A DNA stretch of 54,141 nucleotides from Hyphochytrium catenoides. Taxonomy: Eukaryota; Protista; Hyphochytriomycota. The stretch spans positions 1-54,141 of the forward strand of contig FLMG01000100.1 in NCBI GenBank assembly GCA_900088475.1, written 5' to 3'. Both the position numbers and the translations under genes were made by a program. Shown piece after piece: positions 10,055-22,595 of the stretch. A model generated the notes under the pieces. That model ran no database searches. It had not been told where the DNA came from and saw only the letters and a list, made by a program, of their open reading frames with translations. Numbering within the stretch: position 1 is the first letter of the stretch; each line of letters starts with the position of its first letter.

Positions 10055-13000
10055 CTAGCTAACGCCACCCTCTGTCAAAGCTTTAAGGTGCTCCGTGACA
10101 GAGGAGCAAAGTGCAGGAACGTCATATCCGCCCTCTAGGACGCTAATAATGGGAGCCGACGTTAGAGAGGCCGCTTCTACAAGTTTCTTGGTCGCCCAAT
10201 AGTAATCTTCTTCCAGTAAGTCCAACTTTCCAGAACCTAGTAGGTCGTGTGCATGGGCATCGAAGCCTAAATAAAGTGGGAATGCATTCTGTTAGTGAAG
10301 TCAAATCAATCAAAGGTTTGTGATCGGAGCAGTGAAAGAGAAAACTCGTGCAGTAGGTAAGCGCAGAGTTTACCGGCTGAGATGATGATGAGATCTGGTG
10401 CAAAACTCTGGAGAGGAGGAAGCAGCTTTTTGGAAAAGGAATCACGCCACTGGGGAGCCTTGGCCCCTGAGGGTAGGAAGACGTTCACAATGTAGTCGCT
10501 AAAGGCAGACGATCGGAGGCTCTTGCTCGAGGTCCACGGGAAGATGTCTTGGTACTGGATAGAACCAAAGAAGAGAGCCGGCGTCCCTGGATTGTACAAG
10601 AGCATCGCAAGAATTTGGGATGATGAATACACTTAGAACTTGCTTTCTCTCTTACTAGACTTAGAGCAACCCTGTTTCTTCCTTCTTTGGTTCTCCATCA
10701 CGTAACCTTCCACCCCGCCGCATAAACTCCCGAGCCCACCTAAGAACAACGTAATCGCAAGGTCAACTCACCTCTGGCGCTATGCAGATGGTATCGAATT
10801 ATCTCTTCTGTTCCATTTCCGTGGTGTAAGTCGATGTCAATGATAGCCACTGCGTAGGCATCGTAGGGTTAGAGGCATGATAGGAAGAATCTAGCAGTGG
10901 CAGGGTCAAGGAAGCCTGAGCAAACGTCCCAAGTGGACTGCCGCTTGGTCAGATGGAGCGGTCACTTGCTCTGAAGGACAGACGAGGTGTGGAGAGGGAT
11001 TAGCTTGTACCTCTTTTTGAATAGCGGGTAACTGCGTAGAGAGCGCCTATGGCTACATTGTTCAGCAAGCAAAATCCCTGCCCTGCCTTGATGTCTGCAC
11101 CCAGGGCACCTTTTGGTACTCCGGCACGTCCAGCATGGTGCCCAGGCGGGCGGATGCAGCAGAAAGAACGCTCAAAGGAAGCTCCTAGACAACAGCATTT
11201 GGCAAAGGAAAGTTGAGAGATAGACATGTCACTGAAGGGTGATAGGCACAAGGAAAGGTGACAGGAGTATGATAAACCTAAGCCTCTAGGTGAGTAGCTG
11301 CTGAACAAAAGGGAGATGCAGCCCGAGAACAAAGACCAATACCTGGTTTGAAGATCTCGTCCACGGCTTTACACACTGACCCTGCAGCTTTGAGGGCCGC
11401 GGGATAGGAACCCCCTCCAGGATTGCAGCTGACAAATGTATCGCCCTCCAGCACATCTTGCTCCTCTGCGTCAATTATGGTCAGCAAGCATAGCTGGTCA
11501 GTACTGAATAATCCAAAGCAAGGCGACCAAGAAAAAGATATAAACCTACTCTTCACCGCATTGCCAGTCTCGAAATGCACAGCTTCTGTTGACAGTGATT
11601 GTGTCATTTCCAGGACCTATGAAGCGCAACGCGTTCAGAAGATGTTTGAGGAGCCCAATATCAGGAAGCAATAGCAGAAAGACGACCCAGCGACGAAGGG
11701 AGGACGGTTGACCATGACCACAACGAGACATAGAGCAGAGCACATTATGGTGGTTGGCAGACCTTCAGGACGTAGGACGGTTCGTGAACTATCATAAGCA
11801 TTTCCAAGGGCACTCGAGGAATGTCCGAGAGCCAGCTCAGCCGAGATCGTAACTTAGACTGGAAAAGAGCCGACCATAGTCCTGTCAGCCGTCCTTGGGT
11901 TTCGACCACGCCCTGAGATAAGATCCAAGCGACAGTTGATTGTCAAGAACTATATAGACGACACGGGAGACGCTAACAAGCCCACCGAGATCAGAAAAAT
12001 CAAGGACTTAACAAACCAATCAACGGATTCTAGGCGAGTGTAGACTATAGTAGGTACCCGAGGCGTACAGTACCTTCGGGGTGGCATGGAAATAACAGTC
12101 GAGGTCCGTAAGCACAAGAACTCGATGACTTGAAGGTGTCTCTGGTGGTAGGGCAGAAAAGGGCTTCTCTTCTTGCTGCACTGTCGCTGCTTTCCTCTGT
12201 AAGCCCTCTCTTCTAGAGCTTCCTCTGGTGAAGTCCTTCTCTACCCTGTCATTGCTAGAAAAGGCAGGAATCACGGCGCCAGTCGCTCTCAGCGCAGCGG
12301 TCAGTCTCTCCACTTCCAACTGTAGCTGCTTGTTCGCTGCTAATAACTTAGCCTTCTCGGCTTCCACGCGCTGCAGTCCCAGACGGCATACTGTGTGATC
12401 AGCTCCTGTCTCATCCATGAAAGCACCGCCGGGACTCAGGTTTGGCTGTGTGAACCGCAATGGTAGGAAAGTAACAGATTAGCCACTTCGACAGTCTCAC
12501 AGCAAGCAGGGTTTAGGCGAAAGATGTCGCTGTACACGATGGCACACAAACCTTGGCATTTGCTGCGCAGAGGAGATTACTGATAGACGTTCGTCTTAGC
12601 GCAGAGTTGGGCCCAGCGCTTACGGCTGCTGCAGCGCTTATAGGTTGTGGATTAGGAGATTGCGCGTCCGGAGGCGGCGTGGCCCTGAAAAGATCCTGGC
12701 CGCCAACCAAGAGCGCACCAGCCGAGGGAGCTTTGGCCAGATTGCTATTGACCTTTCCTGTGCCTCCCAGCTTTCTTTTCTTTGGACGGTACACCTTCTG
12801 ACAGTCTAGGTAGATCGTCCTACAAAGGATAACATTTAAGACGCAAGCAATCGAGAGCGAGGTTAACATGTGAGGAGCTAGCCTCAACAAAGTTGGATTC
12901 AGATGTCTGTCGGGCTCAGATATCCAGAAGGCGCAAGCTAGCAGCGATGCAAGATGTGGCCAAAGTACGGCGAAGACAATCCTTTCCGAGAACAGGCAGT

Positions 13001-15060
13001 CCGGATAAGATATCATGCGCGTCCTCTGTACCTTCCCTGACAATAAAGTGACCCCGTCAAGTCAAAGAAGCCAAACTTGTTCTGTCCATAGCCCTTCGCC
13101 GATGCGAACTCGACAATCTGGAGAAGGCAGATTAATGGGACGCACAGTCCTAGAGCCCTCCCCTAAATCGCCTCTGCTACACATCTGCTGCTGCCAGGTT
13201 CTTCTTTATGGTCTCCCAAGCTCTATGATTCCTCATGCGTGCAATGCCCGTTCTCCTCCGTATCGCTCAACGTCTCTTTGTCCTATTGTTCTCTCCCTTA
13301 CGATTCCCGGTGCAGAGTCTAACTCATAGCCTCCATTCGCATGGCTCGCTTGCCACTCCTCACCTTGTCTTTACTTTGCTTCTTCCTTTTACCCGAGACC
13401 GGTTTTGGCGCGTCGTAGTACTCAAAGTCTAGGCGAAATTGCTCTTGGATACGGACAAAGTTCTTCTGCTTTGAGGTTAAAGATTGAGGGAAAGCCCATC
13501 GGTAGCCAGGTCAATGGTTCAACATTATCTCCTTTCCATCAAGGGACCTGAAGTATCGCACACCTTCACTTCTCCACCGTCTGGAGGGCTAAGAGGAGGC
13601 CCTTCCAGCTCAAAAAAGCCTTTCCATTCCCTTGATGGTGGTAGAGGTCCGTACCTAATGAAGAACCCGATGGTCAGCGTTGAAGGCAGAGACAGTATCA
13701 TGCATGCTTATAATCCAGAGTTGCTCTGGTGGCACCGCACTTGTTTGGTCACGGAAGACGAATGTGGGATAAAGAGAAGACGTAAAGAGCGCTGCCTTAC
13801 GTGTCCATGGCATTCTGGCATCGGCCGCAAAACCATTTGCCCTTGGGAACTGCCTGCAAGCCTATACACTGGCAGTGCGCCCCAGTGTCGCAGAGATCGC
13901 AGAAGATGAAGTTCTCTGGATCATCCTGCTTGCAAACTCCGCAGAGCTATAGCCAGCAAAGGGGATTCAGAATTGCGAACCGATGAGGAGGGATCATGAA
14001 TGATATGCAAACGCCAGAGCTCTCTGAAACTACTCATTTGGTAAGGATACGCCAAGGAGGAGCAAGCCATGAAGGGAAACAGAGGTCTAGGTATGGATCA
14101 CCTCATGGTACTTTTCTGAAGATGTGTTCAGAAGGTTCTTGTACGTAGGTCGATAGGAGAACTTGCTATCTTCAGAGAAGCCCTCTAGGTCTGAAGAGAT
14201 GTAACCCTCCCATATCCCATCCTGTCGCCAGAAGAAGAATGTCAGAGAGAAGAGGGTTGGAGCATACTTCTCGCACCTTGCAGAAGATAACCGCTGGGAG
14301 TCAACAATGCACAGTTAAAAGGAGAACCAAGAGCTTTGGCAGATTGGTGAGCAGGCAAGGCAAATTGGGAGAGAGGCGGGCTTACCTCTCCCTCACAGCT
14401 GATGTACTTGCCCTTCAAGAGGTAGATAACCTCCCTCAGTTCGCCCAAGGGCTCTGCCCCAGGAGAAGACGCAGCCGTCTGACCCGCTTCCTTCTCTTCC
14501 GCTGCCTGTCGCTGCTTCTTGGCCCCGGTAGAGCTTCTGCTTTGCCGCCCTTGCAGCCCAGCGGCCGGTGAAGGCGTTGTAGGCGACTGAAGAATAGCTT
14601 CTTCCTCATGAGGTTTCCCCTTGTCATCTACGCTGCCGGTTGCAAATCTGGAGACGGAAGAGGGCGATGGCGTTCGGCGGGTTCGTTTTGGCACTGCCAC
14701 CAAGTGCGGGATAGCAATGGTCACCATGGTGTGAAGATGGAGTTTGAGCATGAGGGACAGAGTCAGACAGAATAACAAATAAACGATGAAGCTAGAGTTC
14801 ACATAGCAGAGGGACCGAAGGTATAACAGGGGCGATAGACGTGGACAAGCAGCCGTATTAGCGAGAGGGAGAAGGAAGAGCGAAGCTGGATGGAACTGAC
14901 ATTGCCGCTTCTCAACTTTTGGTTGATCTAACTGGTCTGTCAGGCTGCCATTGACCCCTGCTTCTCCATCCTCCTCACTTGAGAGCTCCCGCTTCTTGCT
15001 TTGAACTTCTGCTACACCTCCCTGGTCGGCGGAAGCAGGGGCAAGCTCCTCACCACTCAT
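10055..15060 (-). CDS. Multidomain class II-like Zn-dependent histone deacetylase (multi-exon); linkage of the 5' exons is inferred
   Basis: Exons encode RPPGHHAG, GQGFCLLNNVAIGA, VAIIDIDLHHGNGT, SAG|FDAH and LEGGY, with stop TAG at 10055. Upstream same-strand exons encode a coiled coil, a PKKRKL NLS and a W/G/F-rich beta domain, up to ATG 15060. Confidence 0.85.
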
Positions 15061-15429
15061 TGCGAGCTAAGACGCTCTTCTCCTCCAGGTAGCTGTCGTA
15101 CTTTTTAGGCCAAGCTGAGAATGGAAGCAGAAAAGAACTGCGATGCCTGTTCGTTTCCTGAGACAGACTGCAAGGAGAGGCGAAGGAGAAGGAGCAACGA
15201 TGTTCACCAATGGCAAAGAGACCGAGAAGAGAAACTCTGGGGTGGCTGTTGTTGCAGTTGACGGCTGAGCAGCTGATTCGTGCAGTCACTGTCCAGCGGA
15301 AGCGATGTACAAGCCAGAGACGGCAGAGAGAGCAGCGAGACAGCTAAGGTGAGTGCCGCTATGGTGGTGGTGAAGTTGGCAACAAGAAGAGAGCGATAAA
15401 AGCTAAGAAGAGAGGTGACAGCGAAAGAG

Positions 15430-15700
15430 AGGGAATGAGAGAGAGAACGAAAGAGAGCGAAGGAGAGAGAGAGAAAGAGAGAGAGTGAGACACAGAGGAG
15501 AGAATGAGACAGAGAGAGAGAGAGAGAGAGAGAAGAAGAGAAGGAGAGAGAAGGAGAGGGAAGCGAGACAAGGAGAAGGTGGACAACAGACAGAGAGAGG
15601 ATGACAGACGAGGAAGAAGCCGACTGAGACAGAATGGCGACGGCAAGCCGTGACAAGAGAGACACAAAGAGAGGAGAGACAGACAAAGAGAACAAGAGGC
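15430..15700. repeat. GA/CT-rich microsatellite / low-complexity tract
   Basis: (GA)n runs with interruptions. Confidence 0.9.
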
Positions 15701-18700
15701 AGAAGAGGTAGACGGGCACCTGAATGCACGGAGAAGAAGAGGCAGCACGCAGAAGAGGTCAGAAGATGAGCAGCATTGCGCGTTGATGAGAAGAAGCGAA
15801 GGAAGTCAGAGGCTAGAAACTCACCAGCAGCGCAGCGCTTCTCTGCTAACTAATACTCACACAAACCGCACCACCCGCTCATGCCATCTTCTTGGTTGTA
15901 GGGAAAATAATGATAATTTTTGTTGTTCTTGTTATAATGTATGGACTGGCCCAGCACGAAAGCGCTTTCCTTATCAACACACCGCGAATGATGAAGATCA
16001 CCGCTCGTGCTAAGGAAGACGAAGGTCCAGCAACAGCAGCAACAGGACCGTGATAAGAACAGTGAGCTGCCTGCTGGGGAACCAAGGCGCCAATGCAAGC
16101 TGTGCGACAGCGGTGAGCAGGCAGAAAGCTGTGGAAGAGAACGAGGGGAACAACGAACATCAGAAAGAATAGACACCAATGACGATGGGGATGAAGAGAA
16201 GGCTACCAGCTTCGTGCCGCATGGAGCGAGAGAACCGTATGTTGTTGGAGGTGGAAGGAGTAAGTAGACTATGAGAAGAAAAAGAGAAGAAGGAGAAGGT
16301 CTTGGGCCTCACTGTCACTACTTTGTCTATAGAAAGAAAGAACGGAAGCAGCAGTTGCTTTCTGGCCGTGGTAATGCTCAAATAATACATAGAAGAAGAG
16401 ATGTGGTCGTCTTCTCCTCGCTTCGATGCTGACTGAAGTAGCAGAGCAGCACGCCAAGGAAGCCAAGATGAACCGCTACTTTCCTCATTTGTCCCCGCCA
16501 CTAATGAAAAGACGAAGTGCCAGCACCATGTAGACCTCCTCCCTGTCAGTGAAGAAGAAAATAGGGTAAATCTTCCTAGTATTATCATCAGCAGTGAGGA
16601 GAGAGGATAGAAGAAGAAAGAAGAGACACAATCGCTCGCTCCGGGTTACCTGCACTCATGCTGATTGCCGCTTGACTGCTCTGGTTCGTTCTGCGTGCCC
16701 TTCTCAGCTCTTCTGTCATTTTTCTCATCACTCTCCCGCCGCCGCTACCTACATGCAGTGCAACCATTAGCTGCCTGGAGACTTATGAGGAGGAGAAGCC
16801 ACGACTTCAACGAGCAGTACTCATCATTATGGCGCAACCACGAGGTTATTGTAGTCCTTCTCGCCTATCGTCTAGCTCGTTCTGGCCAAATCTGTCTAGC
16901 TGTTGTTGCCAACAATGACAGCCTGGGCTCGGCCCTAGGAAAAGCCTCAAGAAGTATTAATGTTCTATAATAATAGAGCTAACCTAAGATGCTTCTGCGG
17001 GCGGCTAGCAGTGTCCCACTTTCCTCTCTGTTGCGCGACAGCGCTGCGTAAAAAGAACCTGGGTGGGAGCACAAGCCGCTCTGTGATGAATGGCAAGGAG
17101 CATCATCATACATCCATCAACCTCGACATTAAGCTCACCAACATCAACAAGAAGTTATTATTAAATAGTATTGGTCACTCGGGCCACGCCGCCAGCACCG
17201 CCATCATCCAGCCAGAGGAGAGAATCATATTAGGCGGAGACGAGAGGCATTGGCAGGAGGACATTGAAGACAGGTGACGAAGCAGAGGAGGGTACAAGAG
17301 CATCCAACAACCAACCACAAGGACTAAAATGGGAGGAATGCCGCCCATCATCGTACTAAGAAGCAAGCGATAGAAGAGGCCGCTATGCGTCTTCCTGCCT
17401 ATCACCTAAAGCTATGGTGGTGGTGGGTCGTGAAGTCCACCGTGTACTGCTCCAGCGCCGCCGAAACAGTCCAGCGACATCATCTAGCAGGATAGCTGCG
17501 ACTCTGGTCTGGCAATAGCGACTCCAAACTGCTGAAAAAATAAAAGACGCGCTGTTGTTAACTCTCTTCCATACTACTAAGTCCACCATATAGATCTCTA
17601 TCAATCACTGAGCGGCGGTGCTGACACCGTGGACGAGCGGTCGTCACAACCGTGTTTAGTTTTTTAGTGGGCTGCTTGATTGGTCTCTTTCGCACATTAA
17701 CTATGACAAAAGAAGATGGCAGGATAGAGGGTTTTGTGACGCGCGGCCGCTTGGACGATGGGCAGAGAGCGTTTCCTCCTTTCTCTCTTCTCTGTTCTGC
17801 TCTAGCGATAGCGCCCGCCACTATTTATCTACAGCCAGAGAAAGTAACAATATTTGATTCTTTGTGAAGATGATTCCCCGGTCTCTAAATGGTCAAAGAA
17901 AGCCTCTCGTCATCCAACAACCCAGCCACGTGTGATCGCGCAGGGAGCTGCAACACTCGGCGGAGATGCCGCTGACAAAGCAAGAAGCTACTAGAATAGG
18001 GACGGAAGGCAACAAAAAGCGGGTTGGGTCCAAATACTGCCAAACATAGAAAGCTTGGTGCTTGTGTTTGTGGCTGTCCACCGATGGACTTAGCCGCCCA
18101 GCAGCAAAACCTCCTCGATGGCCATGAGAAGAAGGAGAAGGATGAGTAGAGTGGAATAACAAAGGGGCTCCCACATACACGGTCAGCAAGTAGTTGATCC
18201 TCGCAGTCTCACTTTTACGTTTGTCACCTTGCTTAGAAGAAGTAGCAGGGTGCGCAGGGCAACCGTCTCTCGATAGAGTGAGACTGAGGATATGAAACAA
18301 GCATCGTACGGCAACCCAGCCGCTATTGTCCCCGAATCATCATTGAAGCTCTGACACAATAGTGAGCATACATCACCGAATCTCCGCAATAACTACGTAG
18401 TCAATCCTTTCTTCGCTCATGATGGTGGGCCCATGTGTGGCACCTGCTGGCCCTTCCTGCTGGTGGCAAAGACGCCTCTCCTGAACACCATCTCCGCCAG
18501 TCTGCTTGCCAATGCGCTAAGCTGTGTTTGACGAGAGGGTGCGTCTCGTTTGTTGGAGGCACCGGTCGCTACCAGGAGAAGGGCTTTCTTTGATTTGCCG
18601 TGTTCGACTGAGCTCAATCCATCGTGAGCATTGCTTTCAAAAGTGGATGCGGCTTCAAGGAGTGTGTCTATACAAGCAGCGGCGTCTCAAGTGGCGGGCC

Positions 18701-19303
18701 TGACTCCTTACCCTAAATGGGACATGTATAAGGGCGATACAGTTTGATGAATCAGTAGCCTTTCCCACGCAGCTAGAGAACGAGGTTGAAGCTGGCCCTT
18801 CTTCCTATCTGCTACAGTCCGCTGCTCTTCTCTTAGTAGCATTTGCTTTGTGGATAATAAGGTGCATCAGCTCTTCCATTATTAGTGGACAAGGTCTTGG
18901 CCGTTGAGTGGCTGAAGTGACAAAGTGCTTCATTTCACGTAGTAAAATAAAGTCCTCATGCTCCGTTGTTCGACCCCAACCTTCCGACAACCGCTGCACA
19001 TATATTTGCTGCTCTTTGAGGCTCAACAGTGGGCACCAACGTTTTTCCTCTTTCTTATCTATCACTATAAATACTGGTGGTGATGAGGGCTGGCCAGGCC
19101 TCAAAGAGGGACTTTAGCACATGTGAGCGCACTGACTTTTAATAAAATCTCTTAATAGGCCGGCCAAATAGCCAAGAGCTTCTGGAAAATGTCTAGCGTT
19201 CGCGATAGTCGAGTGCACGCCAGTCCTTACCAACTTACCAAGGGTAAAACGTAAAAGGGAAGAGGATCATCAACAACCTACGTCCTCCCGGAAAGATGCT
19301 TGC

Positions 19304-20025
19304 CTACTTGGCAAAGGTGATCCCCTCTGCTGTTCTTCCCTGTGCAAACCACGGAACCAAGAGAGAGTTATGATGTGCGATGACTTGTGCAGCGGGAATC
19401 TTTGCCTTCGGTGAGTCCCAAGTACTATGGGCATCAGTAACCAGCGTCATTGCATAGCCACGACTGTGACCTGTGCGGCAGACCGTGTCCACGCAAACGT
19501 CCGTTTGAATCCCAACCACTACCAGGTTCTGCACCTTACGAGAGCGCAGGTGCTCCTCCAGATCAGTGTTCAGGAATGAGTCAGGCTCATTCTTTTCAAC
19601 GATCTTATCCTCTGCGTTCGTGGACGGCGCAATGGCAGGGTGAACTTCCCAGAGAGGCGAGCCTTTCCTTAAGGGCTGTCCCTCCTCATCTGGGTCGCAG
19701 TGTTTGACGTAAACCACATGTACACCAGCCTCTCTCGCCTTCTTCAGCACCAGCTGAATGTTGGTTATTAGGCGTTCTGGTTCGTGCACCTCTTCTCCAG
19801 GAATGAACATTCCATTCTGGACGTCCACAACCAGCAGGACCGTGTCTTTGGCACTGAAGGGCGGTAAGTCTGCTGTCTTAGCGTTGGAAGCTGTTGAGGC
19901 CACAGATAAGGATGCAGAGAAGAGAAGGTGAGCACTTTGAGACTGTCATCGCCTGCGAGAAAGGAGAGACTACTACTAGCACGCTGCCCCACTCCTTGGC
20001 GGCTGAAGATGCGCTACTTACCCAT
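19304..20025 (-). CDS. Isochorismatase-family cysteine hydrolase (4-nt first coding exon ATGG + exon 19890-19304)
   Basis: Catalytic triad motifs VVDVQ (Asp), VEKNEPDSF (Lys) and GIQTDVCVDT (Cys). The intron GTAAGT...CAG at 20021-19891 joins ATG-G to give MASNAKTADLPPF in frame. Confidence 0.92.
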
Positions 20026-20172
20026 CGATGTTCTGTTCGACTGGGCTCTCTCTCTCTAGTTCTAACTCTTGGCTCTTTGGACACCTGTCTCTTGTTGCTT
20101 TTAGCTGCGGCTTCTCTGGGAAGTTAGGAAGTGGTTTGACCTAGAACCTCAGCCAGCAGCAAACATGCGACG

Positions 20173-20180
20173 CTTATATA
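20173..20180 (-). promoter_or_regulatory. TATA box upstream of the isochorismatase gene
   Basis: TATATAAG on the minus strand ~150 bp upstream of ATG 20025. Confidence 0.4.
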
Positions 20181-20260
20181 GCAGGAGTACGGGTTATGGA
20201 GAGAAGAAGAGATAGCGAGAGTAGGAACTGAGGAAGAGATGTCTGACAGAGAGATGGCAT

Positions 20261-20425
20261 AGGGCAAGAAGAGGCCGACTTGAAAAGGACTCAACAGAAA
20301 AGAGGAGGGAAAGCGCAGGACGTAGAGCTGGCGGGAAGCCCAAGAAGATGTGACGATGGGCTAAGGAGTGGAGATGCACTAAGAGAAGGAAAGGAAGGGA
20401 AGAGAGGAGAGAGAGAGACAGAGAG

Positions 20426-20479
<54 letters not shown>

Positions 20480-20750
20480 GACAGAGAGAGAGAGAGAGAC
20501 AGAGAGACAGAGAGGGCAAGAAGAGGCCAACTCGAAAAAGACTCAACAGAAAAGAGGAGGGAAAGTGCAGGACGTAGAGATGGCGGGAAGCCGAAGAAGA
20601 TGTGACGATGGGGGCAAGAGGTGAAGACACACCAAGAGAGGGAAAGGAGGGAGAAGAGAGGAGAGAAGAGGAGAGAGAGAGAGAGGGGGAGAGAGAGAGA
20701 GAGAGAAAGAGAGAGAAGAGAGAGAGAGAGAGAGAAGAGAGGAGAGAGGG
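20261..20750. repeat. Tandem duplication of a ~100-bp unit (20261-20360, 20513-20612), each copy followed by a (GA)n microsatellite
   Basis: AGGGCAAGAAGAGGCC...GACTCAACAGAAAAGAGGAGGGAAAG.GCAGGACGTAGAG.TGGCGGGAAGCC.AAGAAGATGTGACGATGGG occurs twice. Confidence 0.9.
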
Positions 20751-21148
20751 TGGGACAATTAAAGTGTGATCAGTGTATCTCGCGACGAGACCTGTCTACT
20801 CGGACCCTTGCCGTACTGATATTTTAAAAGTTACGGGATGGTCCTGTGAAGAGGTGATGGCCCCTCTGCTTACCCTCCTGTCAGAAGTCAGAATCCCCTT
20901 GATGGTGGACTGACTTAATGCACTGCTGACGTCTCTCCTAGAACTACTTGCCGCTGATACATTCCAAGCGTACTCTCTCGGCCATCGCAGCTTCCAAAGA
21001 ACGCCGTACATACCGTCCGCACGGCACCCGCTCAGGTCATCACTGCTGCACCTGATGATCAACAATAGTCTGTTGGCCAAGACCTATCATCTAGCAAAGA
21101 CCAGACCCAGATAGGATGGTACACTAGCTCTGTCGCCAATGATCCTCT

Positions 21149-21362
21149 TTCAAGCGGCGGTGGTGGGAAGATGACACAATGATCCTTTTTCTCTTGCATC
21201 TGCACGACTTAGAGAGAGCAGCGGAGGCAGGCAAAAGCTTGACCGAAGAGAATAGCAGGAACAGCGATTATTAGGGAGCCCGAACAGCAATGATATCATT
21301 CAAGCGGCGGTGGTGGGGAGATGACACAATGATCCTTTTTCTCTTGCATCTGCACGACTTAG
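21149..21362. repeat. Direct repeat pair of ~64 bp, 150-bp period
   Basis: TTCAAGCGGCGGTGGTGGG(A/G)AGATGACACAATGATCCTTTTTCTCTTGCATCTGCACGACTTAG at 21149-21212 and 21299-21362. Confidence 0.9.
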
Positions 21363-22595
21363 CTAGAGGCAGTAGAAAGACAGTAGAAAGACATCCAATC
21401 ACTTCCTCCTTTGTCTCCCCTTCTTCTTCTTGGTTTCCTTGGACGAGGATCTATTGCGACCCTGCCTCAATCCTGGATAGTGGGAGCTCCTCTCATCAGC
21501 CTTGGCGTTGTGTTCTGTAAAGCTTCAACCCTTTGCGATCTGCGACGCAGAATCTATAGTCTCCTCCAAGCTCTTCTTCAAGCTTTCTATCCCATTTCTC
21601 TCTTAGTTCTTCTTCACCCATTTCTTCTTCCCCACCCGTAAACACACCTCTTCTATCGACCCTCGTTCTTCCGTTACCTGCTCCACCCTCCTTCTTCTGG
21701 TGCAATGTGACCTTGCCGCCTGAATCTTCAAAGTTCTGTTGGTCAGAATCTCCTTTCCTGTTGCTCCTGTGGTGTCTGTGAGCGAGCGCCCCTGCAATCC
21801 TGATGCCTGTAGACTGTACTGCTGTTGTTACGTCCATTGTGAGCACTGCCGATGTGACGGCTGTGACGGGAGGGCATTGAAGAAGGCTCTTAGTGAAAAG
21901 CATCGTAGCATCCTCAATACTTCGTGATGATGTAGGTTTGCAGTTGTCCGCCGAAGGTACAGCATGGCGGTGTATGGGCTCCATCAAGGCTCTTAGTGAA
22001 GACCGTCTTGGCACTCATGAGAATAGCTTCCGACAGCGTCAGCAATCAGCAAAAAGTTACACTGAGACCATTCGCTCTTTCTCTGTCGCAACCTATTATA
22101 CGGCGTAGTGCCATTAGAGGGACTGCCGAAGCCTCGACGCTGGCGGCTCTCCCCAAATATAGAGATAGCCCTCTTCACATCTCATCTCATCCAGCCAGAC
22201 CTGGTAACGTTTAGGACATTGGGCACTGCACGCAATATCATCAAGGTGGCAGGTGTCTCTTCATGCTACCCAGAGATTGCGATGTTGATAATTAGCAGGG
22301 AAACAGGTCAACTTCATCATTTGGCTCAGGCCTCACAGCTCTAACGCCAGACTCCTATTTATGGACAGTTTTACATAGCCAGAGCTGCGGGAAAGCTACA
22401 GATGACACTGACAAGACAATAAGACCAATCATCAGCAATAAATAAAAGCGAAGAAGGATACACTAATAATAGAGACGATAACAGGAAACTTAAAGACGCC
22501 AAACAGACATAAAAAATAGCGGAACAGGTAAAGTGCATGTTCTGCTCGAAAGGCGGCAGACTAATGGTTGACGACACACAGTCTGACGCTATTCT

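Noticed and set aside
15204-15748. Overlapping Leu/Ser-rich ORFs resembling membrane proteins
   Set aside because: Translation artefacts of CT microsatellites
16600-19100. Scattered short ORFs as a possible TE remnant
   Set aside because: No recognisable transposase, RT or integrase motif and no consistent reading path
20280-20827. ER-repeat and LS-repeat ORFs
   Set aside because: Derived from (GA)n repeats
21496-22344. ORF fragments as a possible gag or zinc-knuckle protein
   Set aside because: No CCHC spacing; frames inconsistent on both strands
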